Origin: Bordetella parapertussis
GTDB lineage: Bacteria; Pseudomonadota; Gammaproteobacteria; Burkholderiales; SG8-39
Assembly: GCA_945861875.1 (NCBI GenBank)
Contig: CAMAWC010000001.1
Span: forward strand, 41,805-105,804
Length of the DNA stretch: 64,000 bases
Reading direction: 5' to 3'
Below the pieces are notes generated by a model, which saw only the letters and a list, made by a program, of their open reading frames with translations, made no database searches and had not been told where the DNA came from. A program made the translations under genes and the position numbers. Positions 53,640-62,375 of the stretch are shown here, piece after piece (position 1 is the first letter of the stretch; the number at the start of each line of letters is the position of its first letter).

Positions 53640-55211
53640 ATGAGCAAACGAAGTCTCGTTCTTTGGTCGCTGGTCGTCCTCACGCTTGCCGCCGCCGCGG
53701 GCGGTTGGGCTTACTGGCGCTCGCGCGCCGACGCACCTTCGGAATTCCGTTTTGCCAAGGCCGAACGCGGGTCGCTCGTCGCCGCAGTGGCCGCGACCGG
53801 CACCCTCAACCCGGTGACATCGGTACAGGTCGGCTCCCAGGTCTCGGGGCAGATCAAGGAGTTGTATGTCGACTTCAACTCCGTCGTGAAAAAGGACCAG
53901 GTCATTGCGCGCATCGACCCCGAGGCGTTTGAACTGCAGGTGCGCCAGGCCACGGCAGACCTCGAGGCGGGCCGAGCCACGGTACTCACGCAAATGGCGG
54001 CGATCGGTGCGCAGCGTGCCGCGGTTTCCAAGGACGAGGTCAACCTCGCCGACATGAAACGCGACTATGACCGCAAACTGACGCTGTTCGAAAAGAATTT
54101 CATTTCCGCAGCTGATCGCGACAAATCAATGGCGCTGTTCAACGGCGCGCAAGAACAGCTGAAAAGCGCAAACGCACAACTGGGCGTGGCGCAGGCCCAG
54201 ATCAAGAACGGCGAAGCCGTGGTGCAGCAGCGCGAAGCGCAGCTGGCGCAGGCCAAGGTCAACCTCGACCGCACCATGATCCGCTCGCCGGTAAACGGCA
54301 TTGTCATCAAACGCAGCGTCGATGCCGGCCAGACCGTCGCCGCCAGCCTGCAGGCGCCGGAGTTGTTCATCATTGCGCAGAACCTCACCGAAATGGAGGT
54401 CGGCGCCTCGATCGACGAGGCCGACGTGGGACGCATCCGTGTCGGGCAGAAAGCCACGTTCACCGTCGACGCATTCCCCGGACGCAGTTTCAGCGGCGAG
54501 GTAAAACAGGTGCGCAAAGCCGCCCTGACCGTTCAGAACGTGGTGACCTACACGGTTGTGGTGGGCGCCGCCAACCCCGACCAGGTGCTGCTGCCGGGGA
54601 TGACCGCCAACGTGCGTATTGTCACCGATGAACGCGCCAGCACGCTCAAGGTGCCCAACGCGGCATTGCGCTTCCGTCCGGCCGGTGTGAACGAGCCTTC
54701 CGCGGGAAGCGGCGGTGGAACCGCCGCCCCCGGCGCTGCCGCGCCGGCCGGCGGCCCGGGCGCAGCGGCCCAGGCGCTGCGCCAGCGCCTGGTCACAGAA
54801 TTGAAACTTGATGCCGACCAGCAAACCAAGCTTGAGGCGATTTACGCCGAGGCGCGCCAGAAAATGGCCGGCCTGCGCGACCTGCCCGAAGCCGAGCGGG
54901 CGCGCGCCCTGGAACGCAATCGCGCGGAAATTCGCGCGCGCATCACCGAGATCCTGACGGCGGAGCAAAAGCCGCGTTACGAAACCATCGCCGCCGAACA
55001 GTCCGGGCGCACCGGCGCGCGCGGCCGCGTATTCGTTGCAGGTGAGGACGGCAAACCCAAGGCCGTTTCGCTGCAACTGGGCCTGTCCGATGGCAGCATG
55101 ACCGAGGTAATCTCGGGCGACATCAAGGAAGGCGACCAGATCATCGTCGGGACGGCGCAAGCCTCGAGCGCGTCCCCGACCGCACCGCGCGGACCGCGCA
55201 TGCCGTTCTAG
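53640..55211 (+). CDS. MacA-like periplasmic adaptor (membrane-fusion protein) with a ~115-aa insertion
   Basis: 523-aa ORF with an N-terminal TM, lipoyl/hairpin/beta-barrel order (VSGQIKELYVDFNS.., coiled coil, IRSPVNGIVIKRSVDAGQ). An insertion follows, and the membrane-proximal strands resume at ..GRVFVAGEDGKPKAVSLQLGLSDGSMTEV. Confidence 0.85.
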   Translation: MSKRSLVLWSLVVLTLAAAAGGWAYWRSRADAPSEFRFAKAERGSLVAAVAATGTLNPVTSVQVGSQVSGQIKELYVDFNSVVKKDQVIARIDPEAFELQVRQATADLEAGRATVLTQMAAIGAQRAAVSKDEVNLADMKRDYDRKLTLFEKNFISAADRDKSMALFNGAQEQLKSANAQLGVAQAQIKNGEAVVQQREAQLAQAKVNLDRTMIRSPVNGIVIKRSVDAGQTVAASLQAPELFIIAQNLTEMEVGASIDEADVGRIRVGQKATFTVDAFPGRSFSGEVKQVRKAALTVQNVVTYTVVVGAANPDQVLLPGMTANVRIVTDERASTLKVPNAALRFRPAGVNEPSAGSGGGTAAPGAAAPAGGPGAAAQALRQRLVTELKLDADQQTKLEAIYAEARQKMAGLRDLPEAERARALERNRAEIRARITEILTAEQKPRYETIAAEQSGRTGARGRVFVAGEDGKPKAVSLQLGLSDGSMTEVISGDIKEGDQIIVGTAQASSASPTAPRGPRMPF

Positions 55212-55298
55212 GCATGTGCGACGCCCGTGCCATCGGCTGGAAACGCCCTACTGGCGCGGCTTTCCAGCCATATACATCCCGGGTTATTGCGGCCGACC

Positions 55299-56045
55299 AT
55301 GTCTGAATCGCTGATCCGCACCCTCGCCCTGACCAAGGAATACCTGGTGGGAGAGCAGACCGTCGCCGCCTTGCGCGGCGTATCGGTCGATATCGGCGCC
55401 GGCGCCTTCGTCGCGGTGATGGGCCCGTCCGGCTCGGGCAAGTCAACCTTCATGAACCTGCTTGGCTGCCTCGACCATCCGAGCTCGGGTGAATATTTCC
55501 TTGCCGGCGAAAAAGTATCGGTACTGGACAACGATGCACTTGCGGTGATTCGCAACCGGCGTATCGGCTTTGTCTTCCAGCAGTTCAACCTGTTGCCGCG
55601 CACATCGGCCCAGGACAATGTCGAACTGCCGCTGCTCTATGGCGGCGTCGCGGCGGCCGGCCGGCGTGAGCGGGCCATCCGGCGCCTCACCCAGGTCGGC
55701 CTTGCCGACCGCATGCACCACCATCCGGCGCAGTTATCCGGCGGACAGCAGCAGCGCGTGGCCATCGCAAGGGCGCTGGTCAACGATCCGGTGCTGATCC
55801 TCGCCGACGAACCCACCGGTGCGCTTGACTCACAAACCAGTCTTGAAGTGATGGCGCTGTTGCAACAACTGAACCGTGAGGGCATGACCGTCGTACTGGT
55901 CACGCACGAACCGGACATGGCGGCTTTCGCGAGCCGCGTCATCCTGTTCCGCGATGGGCGCGTGGTGGAGGATCGCGAGCAGGTTCCCAAGGATGCGGTT
56001 GCCCTGCTGGAACAATCCAGGCCAGCCGCAACGCAAGCCGCATAG
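55299..56045 (+). CDS. MacB/LolD-type ABC ATP-binding protein
   Basis: 248 aa from ATG 55299 with GPSGSGKST, LSGGQQQRVAIARAL and ILADEPTGALD. Confidence 0.9.
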   Translation: MSESLIRTLALTKEYLVGEQTVAALRGVSVDIGAGAFVAVMGPSGSGKSTFMNLLGCLDHPSSGEYFLAGEKVSVLDNDALAVIRNRRIGFVFQQFNLLPRTSAQDNVELPLLYGGVAAAGRRERAIRRLTQVGLADRMHHHPAQLSGGQQQRVAIARALVNDPVLILADEPTGALDSQTSLEVMALLQQLNREGMTVVLVTHEPDMAAFASRVILFRDGRVVEDREQVPKDAVALLEQSRPAATQAA

Positions 56046-57277
56046 TGAACATACTCGCGACCCTGCGCATTGCCCTGCGCGCCCTGCGCGTGAACAAGCT
56101 GCGCTCCGGCCTGACCATGCTGGGCATTATCATCGGTGTGGGCGCCGTCATCACCATGATCGCCGTTGGCGGGGGCGCGCAGGCGCGCGTCGAAGAGCAA
56201 ATCCGCAGCCTAGGCTCCAACTTGATGATAGTAATACCCGGTTCGACCACCGCCGGTGGCGTGCGCCTCGGCGCAGGGGCGGCGCAAGGGCTTACAGAGG
56301 ATGACGCCTGGGCGATGATGCGCGAGATACCCTCCGTGCAGGCAGCCGCGCCGTCGCAGCGCGGCAGCGGCCAGATCATCGCGGGCAACAGCAACTGGTC
56401 GACGAGCATACAGGGCGTGACACCGGAGTACTTTGAGGCGCGGGACTGGCCGATCGTATCCGGTCGCGGTTTTGAACCGGCCGAACTCGCCGGCGCCGGC
56501 AAGGTGGCGATCATCGGCGTTTCCACCGCCAAACAGCTGTTCGGCGACACTGATCCGGTTGACCAGCAGGTGCGCATCCGCAGCGTGCCCTTTACCATCA
56601 TCGGCGTGCTCGACCGCAAGGGCCAGAGCATGATCGGGCAGGATCAGGATGACGTGGTGATGGTGCCCTTGTCCACCGCTCGCAACCGCCTTTTCGGCGC
56701 GCCCCAGGGCAAGCTGCGCCGCGTCGGCCTGATTACGGTAAAAGTGCGCGATGGCCAGGACATGAAAGAAGCCGAGGAGCGCATACGCGAACTATTGCGC
56801 CAGCGCCACAAACTGCAATCGGGCGCCGACGACGACTTCACCATCCGCAACCTCACCGAAATACTGCAGGCACAGGAGGCGTCCAGCAAAATCCTGACCA
56901 TACTGCTCGCCGCGGTCGCTTCGGTATCGCTGCTGGTGGGCGGCATCGGCATCATGAACATCATGCTGGTTTCGGTCACCGAGCGAACGCGCGAGATCGG
57001 CTTGCGCATGGCCGTCGGTGCGCGCGGCCGCGATATCCTGACGCAGTTTCTGGTCGAGGCGGTGACGCTCGCCCTTATCGGCGGACTGCTTGGCACCCTC
57101 GCCGGAATCGCCGGCTCGGCGGCCGTCGGACAACTGGCCGGCTGGCGTACGGAAATGCAGCCCGAGGCGATTGTGCTGGCGGTGGGTTTCGCCGCAGCTA
57201 TCGGCGTCTTTTTCGGCTTTTACCCTGCGCGCAAAGCGGCGCGACTGTCACCCATAGAAGCGCTGCGCTACGAATAA
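56045..57277 (+). CDS. MacB-type ABC permease (FtsX-like, large periplasmic domain)
   Basis: 410-aa ORF whose GTG start overlaps the upstream stop. It has an N-terminal TM, a ~230-aa periplasmic domain and a C-terminal three-helix FtsX bundle (..ERTREIGLRMAVGAR..). Confidence 0.85.
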   Translation: MNILATLRIALRALRVNKLRSGLTMLGIIIGVGAVITMIAVGGGAQARVEEQIRSLGSNLMIVIPGSTTAGGVRLGAGAAQGLTEDDAWAMMREIPSVQAAAPSQRGSGQIIAGNSNWSTSIQGVTPEYFEARDWPIVSGRGFEPAELAGAGKVAIIGVSTAKQLFGDTDPVDQQVRIRSVPFTIIGVLDRKGQSMIGQDQDDVVMVPLSTARNRLFGAPQGKLRRVGLITVKVRDGQDMKEAEERIRELLRQRHKLQSGADDDFTIRNLTEILQAQEASSKILTILLAAVASVSLLVGGIGIMNIMLVSVTERTREIGLRMAVGARGRDILTQFLVEAVTLALIGGLLGTLAGIAGSAAVGQLAGWRTEMQPEAIVLAVGFAAAIGVFFGFYPARKAARLSPIEALRYE

Positions 57278-57309
57278 TTCCGCGGCTGCGCCTGCCTTTC
57301 CTGGAATAA

Positions 57310-59097
57310 TCAGAGCGTTGCAATAAACAGCTTCAGCCAGCCCGGATCGAGTTCGATGTCGCATTCATCATGCCGGGCGTGCGAGTCGAACAGCGGCCGG
57401 CCCTGCATATAGCAAAAACGATGGCCCAACTGCGCCGACAGGCGCCACGCCCTGGTGTTTTGCATGCCCTCGGCAACAATGACACCCACCCTGGCACCCT
57501 GCGGAACAATGAACAAGTCCGCCATGGCCTCATCGTCGATACCGATGATCACCGAGGCGTGTTCGAATGTCGCAAGACGCTCCCGCCAGCCGATACTGGC
57601 GGCGTCGACGACCTCAAACCCGTTTGCCTCGAACTGCGGCAGCAGCGCATCTTCATTGGCGATGCGACGCGATGTGAAATTGCGGCGCGACATGAATATG
57701 CGCCGACCGGGTCCGGCGCCAAGTCCGCCGGTGGAAAACTTGCGCCGCAAGTACTGGATGCCCACCTGCGAGACCGTCTCGGCGAGAACCAGCAGGGATG
57801 ATACCGCCAGCTCGTCCACTTTCACTCCCTGCCCGGCGGGGACGCTGATCAACTGCGGCTCGGCACCGCAGGCGACGCGCAGCATTTCGCGCTCGTCCCG
57901 CCCGAGTTCAGCGGCGACCACCAGCGGCAGCCCGCGCAATGCGGGGATTTGCTCGACAAACCACAAGCGCGCAAGCGATTCATACAGCCAGCGGTAGCGG
58001 TCACCGCCCTCGCCGAGCAGGAACGCGCCGCCCGCGTGATGCGGAGGATCGGCCATCAGGTCAAGGAGCATACGCCCGTCGTCGGCGTTAAATCGTACCG
58101 GGCCGTCGCCGTACGGGTAGTGCAGATACTCGGCGACGATGCCTTCGAGGAGAATTTCGCGCCCGTCCGCGATCACCGCAAAGCCCGGGCGCACCACCTC
58201 GGCTGTGCGGACAAAACCCATAAAAGCAGGCGGCACGACCGCTTTGCCCGGCGGCCAGCTGGCGGCAAACGATTCGGGCAGGGTCGGCGGGCGAAGGCCG
58301 AGAGGCAACACCTGCTTTTCCCCCATATCGCGGTAGTCCGCCTGATGGAAAGCACACCACCTCTCCAGGGTACCCTCATGCACAGTGATTACACGCGTGT
58401 GTTGCGGCTGCATCTCGCAATAGCCTTTTACCGCCAAAGCCTCCCACGCCATTTCGAAGCGTAGTCGGGTCAGCTCGAGCAATGCCTCGGCATAACCGAG
58501 TGCCAGCGCCCGCTCGTGCGCGGCGATGGCCCCAAGCGTATCGCCGCAATAAGCAAGCGCCCCACCGAGAAGATAGTAAGCGTCCGCCTGGCCCGGACTA
58601 AGCGCCACGACGCTCCTCATGCATTCAACCGCCTCGCGGTTACGATCCTCGTCTATATACAACCGGCCGAGTTCCATGTGCGCCTTGGGCAGGTCCGGAA
58701 ACAACATGATTGCCTGTAACAAGAAATGCTCGGCCTCGCGCATCATGCCTTGCGCCCGCATCAGCACCCCGAGATTAAGGTGCGCCACGGGCAAGGTTGG
58801 CTCCAGTTCCAGCGCGCGCTTGAAGTGCCGGAATGCCCCGGCGAGATCCCCCGTCCTGCGGTAGGCCTCTCCGAGGTTGCTGTGCATGTTCGCGTCATCA
58901 TCACGCCGCTCGATCGCCCGTCCGATAAGTGCGATGGCTTCGGCATAACGGCTGCGCGCCAGTTCAACCAGCCCGTATTGATGCAAGACCCGGGCGTCGT
59001 CCGAACCGGAGGACAACAATTCCAGGTAGATTCTCTCGGCCTCATCGAGCCGGCCAGCGCGCTGATGAGCAATCGCCGCCGCCATCTTTGCTTCCAT
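57310..59097 (-). CDS. TPR-repeat protein fused to a DUF563/GT61-like glycosyltransferase domain
   Basis: About six TPRs (aa ~10-230), then a C-terminal domain with a YRWLYESLARL-type motif and ..FMSRRNFTSRRIANEDAL..ASVIIGIDDEAMADLFIVPQGARVGVIV. The start is placed at ATG 59097 (GAGGGTGG RBS); the track start at 59211 overlaps the upstream gene by 44 nt. Confidence 0.6.
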   Translation of the reverse strand: MEAKMAAAIAHQRAGRLDEAERIYLELLSSGSDDARVLHQYGLVELARSRYAEAIALIGRAIERRDDDANMHSNLGEAYRRTGDLAGAFRHFKRALELEPTLPVAHLNLGVLMRAQGMMREAEHFLLQAIMLFPDLPKAHMELGRLYIDEDRNREAVECMRSVVALSPGQADAYYLLGGALAYCGDTLGAIAAHERALALGYAEALLELTRLRFEMAWEALAVKGYCEMQPQHTRVITVHEGTLERWCAFHQADYRDMGEKQVLPLGLRPPTLPESFAASWPPGKAVVPPAFMGFVRTAEVVRPGFAVIADGREILLEGIVAEYLHYPYGDGPVRFNADDGRMLLDLMADPPHHAGGAFLLGEGGDRYRWLYESLARLWFVEQIPALRGLPLVVAAELGRDEREMLRVACGAEPQLISVPAGQGVKVDELAVSSLLVLAETVSQVGIQYLRRKFSTGGLGAGPGRRIFMSRRNFTSRRIANEDALLPQFEANGFEVVDAASIGWRERLATFEHASVIIGIDDEAMADLFIVPQGARVGVIVAEGMQNTRAWRLSAQLGHRFCYMQGRPLFDSHARHDECDIELDPGWLKLFIATL

Positions 59098-59167
59098 TTT
59101 TACCACCCTCTGGCAGGCATCCTGCCGGCGCCAAGCCATTGCCGGCCGAAATATTGCATACAGGTCT

Positions 59168-60754
59168 TCAGGATAATTCCGCGCGCCAGATTGCGGCGAC
59201 GGCCTCTTCAAAGCGGCGCGCGAATCCGGCCGCGTCGCATAATGCCGATACCTCCAGGCGCTGACGCATCACCGATCTCAGCTGCGCAAGCTTCGCCCGA
59301 TCCAGCGCGAGCCCGACAGCCTTGCTGAGGTATTCCTCCGGGCTTGCCGCAATCCATTCGCCAAAGCCCGAGCAGGCCAGCAGGCTAGCGCCGGAACGGG
59401 CAAAACCATGGTGCCCGGCCAGCGTGATGACCGGCACCCCCATCCACAAGCATTCACATGTGGTCGCACCGCCGTTATACGGGAAAGGGTCGAGCGCGAC
59501 ATCGGTGCGTGCGATCAGGTCGCGAAACCGGCCGCTTGGCAGCCGCGGTTGGAATTCCAGGCGTGCCGGATCCACTCCGGCACCGCGCATCGACACGACT
59601 ACTCTCTCGCGACCCTCCCCGGCGGCGAGCCCGGCCACAACCAGCTTGCTTGCCGGCACGCGCAACAGCAATTCCGCCCACAGACGGAGTACGGAGTCGT
59701 TTAATTTTGCCGGGTGATTGAATGATCCAAAAGTGACCGGCGCATCCGGCTTCCGCGGCCCCGGCGCCGGCACATCCCGCGGCGGACTGAAGGTCCACAA
59801 GGCCGAGGGCAGGCGCAGCACGCGCTCACTATGCACCGCGTCGCTGAGCCCGACCGGGTCGGCCATCGTGTCGCTGAAACGATAGTCCATCGCCGCCAGG
59901 CCGGTCGTCTTGAGATAGCCCAGCCAGCTCACCTGGAGCGGTGCCGGCTTGCGTGCGATTACCAACAGCCGATTGTCACGGGTATGACCGGAAAGATCGA
60001 CAAGAACATCAACGCCGTCGCCGTGAATGCGACGCGCCACGGACGCATCATCCACCCCATGTACATTGTGCCAGTGCGCGGCAAGCGCCTGCAGGCGGCG
60101 CGTACCCTCGTCATGGACCGGGGTACTGGAATAACAGGAGACATCGAACCGTTCCCGGTCGTGATGCTCAAGCAGGGGCTCAAGAAAGGCGAGCGTGGCG
60201 TGATCACGAAAATCGCCGGACAGGTAGGCCAGCCGGATCGGTCCCGCGGCGTGCCGCGGCTGCGCGGGCAACCGGGGGATGTTGTCAGCATGACGCCGCG
60301 CCCATTGTCGATGAGCAAGAAACAAGGCGTCCGGTGTGATATCCGCAAGGACATTCATGGCAAACAGGGCGTGCTGTCCTGCGTCAAGATGATCTGGTTC
60401 GCGATCAAGAACCTCGTTAAAGCACCGCAAAGCCGCCGCCGCATCACCCATTTCGTATAGGCACGAGCCGAGTTGGACGCGCACGTTGTGCAGATTCGGG
60501 TCGCGCTGCAAGGCCGCGCGATAATGCGTTGCGGCAAGCACATAGTCGCCGAAGTGCTCGCGCAGCACATGACCCAGGTTGACTGTCGCGGCAAGATGGC
60601 CATCGTCAACGGCCAGCGCAGACTCAAATGCCGCGCGCGCCGCACCCGGGTCGCCGGCAGCAAGCGCATCAAGGCCGCGCCCGACCCATTGCTGCGCCAA
60701 ACGTGAATGCGCATCACCGTCGCGCCAGAATCGCGAAAACAGCTTAGCGAGCAT
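59168..60754 (-). CDS. TPR-repeat O-GlcNAc-transferase-family (GT41, SPINDLY-like) glycosyltransferase, paralog A
   Basis: 528-aa ORF with N-terminal TPRs and motifs YLSGDFRDHA, FGSFNHPAKLND and LDPFPYNGGATTCECLWMGVPVITL. Its ATG lies 11 nt inside the 3' end of the upstream gene. Confidence 0.75.
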   Translation of the reverse strand: MLAKLFSRFWRDGDAHSRLAQQWVGRGLDALAAGDPGAARAAFESALAVDDGHLAATVNLGHVLREHFGDYVLAATHYRAALQRDPNLHNVRVQLGSCLYEMGDAAAALRCFNEVLDREPDHLDAGQHALFAMNVLADITPDALFLAHRQWARRHADNIPRLPAQPRHAAGPIRLAYLSGDFRDHATLAFLEPLLEHHDRERFDVSCYSSTPVHDEGTRRLQALAAHWHNVHGVDDASVARRIHGDGVDVLVDLSGHTRDNRLLVIARKPAPLQVSWLGYLKTTGLAAMDYRFSDTMADPVGLSDAVHSERVLRLPSALWTFSPPRDVPAPGPRKPDAPVTFGSFNHPAKLNDSVLRLWAELLLRVPASKLVVAGLAAGEGRERVVVSMRGAGVDPARLEFQPRLPSGRFRDLIARTDVALDPFPYNGGATTCECLWMGVPVITLAGHHGFARSGASLLACSGFGEWIAASPEEYLSKAVGLALDRAKLAQLRSVMRQRLEVSALCDAAGFARRFEEAVAAIWRAELS

Positions 60755-62375
60755 TGCACCACTCGCGCCACATGTCCCGGTATGCCGACTCCAGGTCGCG
60801 CATAAAACCTTTTTCGTCCATCAGGGTTGATGCGCGCATTCGCTCGCGCAGGCCGGCGCGAAGGTCCGTCAGGCCGGCAAGATCCGTGGCGCAGCGGCGC
60901 GCAATCTCAACATAACCGTCATGGTCGCGGGCAACGAACGATTCCAGCCCGAGCTGTGACAACAGGGACACCCCGATACGCCCGATCGGGGCGGCGCCGG
61001 CCAGGGAAATGACCGGCACGCCCATCCATAGCGCGTGCAGGCTGGTAATGCCGCCATTTTGTGGAAACGGGTCGAGCAATACATCCACAGAATGGAGCAA
61101 CTGCAGGAAACCCGCCATCGGCCGTCGCCCGGCGATCTCAAGACGCGATGGATCAAGACCGGATGCCGCAAAGCGCGCCGCCACCATCCTCTGGATATCC
61201 GGCAGTTCGCCATGCTCTATCACCACCAGCAATCGCGAGCGCGGCACAGAGCTGATCAGGCGCGCCCACAATGCCACGACCGCGTCGTTGATCTTGTGGC
61301 CGCTGTTGACCGAGGCAAAGGTGATTCCGCAGTCGATCCCGCCGGCAAGCGCCGGCAACGGACCCACGGCAGGGCTGTCCGGATGCGGTCGGAAACAGGC
61401 GTAGGAATGCGCCAGTCTCATCAGCCGTTCGCAACTGAGGCGCTCGGTCAGCCCCGGCGGATCGATATGCTCATCGGTAAGACGCCAGTCAATGGCTTTC
61501 ATGCCGGTGGTCTGCACCGCGCCGAACCAGGTCACCTGCACCGGTGCGGGCTTGCGCGCCAGGGCAAGCAGGCGGTTGCCACGGGTGTGTCCCGAAAGGT
61601 CGACCAGGATGTCGATGCCATCGGCGCGCATCATCGCCGCCGCATCGGTGTCCGACATGCCGGCGATATCGCGCCAAAGGTCCGTCATGGCCCGCAAACG
61701 TCCGGTGGTCTCATCCGCGACGGGCGCACTGCTGTAGCAGACGATGCGATGGCGCGCGCGGTCATGCCCCGCCAGGACGGGCTCGATAAAGTAACGCACG
61801 GCATGTTCGCGCAAGTCGGCCGATACATAACCGATGGTCAGCGGCCGGTCAGGATCGCGGCTATTTGCATACAGAACGGTTTCGGGCATCAACGCATCGG
61901 CCACCCTCTGCCCAAAAAAGCAATGTGCGGCACAGACCTCGTCCGAAGACACATGGTCGCAACAGCCGATGACAAACAAAAGATTGGAATGCACCCGCGC
62001 CGAGTCCGGATCGAGTGCCAGCGCGCGCTGCAGGACGGACAGAGCCTCGCGATGGCGGCCGACACTGGCCAGAAAACCGCCATAGTCCTTGAGGTAGGCC
62101 GGTTTCGCACCGCCTTTTTCTATGGCTTGCTCAAGATAGGCAATGGCGATGTCCCAGTCACCGCGTGCATAGCTCACCACGCCGGCCAGATACAGCGCGT
62201 CCGGGTCGTGCGGCGCGCTGCCCAGCGCGAGTTCGCCCGCCCGCGCGGCGCTCTTCAGGTCCCCCGCCATGAACGCGGCCATGCCATCGCTCAGCACTTT
62301 CCCAAGATCAAGCGCCGGCGACAGCACAGCGGGCGACCGCTTCAGATGCTGCAGCAATGCACCCAGCAGTTTCAC
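60744..62375 (-). CDS. TPR-repeat O-GlcNAc-transferase-family (GT41) glycosyltransferase, paralog B
   Basis: 543 aa from GTG 62375 (GTGA overlap with the upstream stop). Motifs YVSADLREHA, FASVNSGHKIND and LDPFPQNGGITSLHALWMGVPVISL. Confidence 0.75.
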   Translation of the reverse strand: MKLLGALLQHLKRSPAVLSPALDLGKVLSDGMAAFMAGDLKSAARAGELALGSAPHDPDALYLAGVVSYARGDWDIAIAYLEQAIEKGGAKPAYLKDYGGFLASVGRHREALSVLQRALALDPDSARVHSNLLFVIGCCDHVSSDEVCAAHCFFGQRVADALMPETVLYANSRDPDRPLTIGYVSADLREHAVRYFIEPVLAGHDRARHRIVCYSSAPVADETTGRLRAMTDLWRDIAGMSDTDAAAMMRADGIDILVDLSGHTRGNRLLALARKPAPVQVTWFGAVQTTGMKAIDWRLTDEHIDPPGLTERLSCERLMRLAHSYACFRPHPDSPAVGPLPALAGGIDCGITFASVNSGHKINDAVVALWARLISSVPRSRLLVVIEHGELPDIQRMVAARFAASGLDPSRLEIAGRRPMAGFLQLLHSVDVLLDPFPQNGGITSLHALWMGVPVISLAGAAPIGRIGVSLLSQLGLESFVARDHDGYVEIARRCATDLAGLTDLRAGLRERMRASTLMDEKGFMRDLESAYRDMWREWCNAR

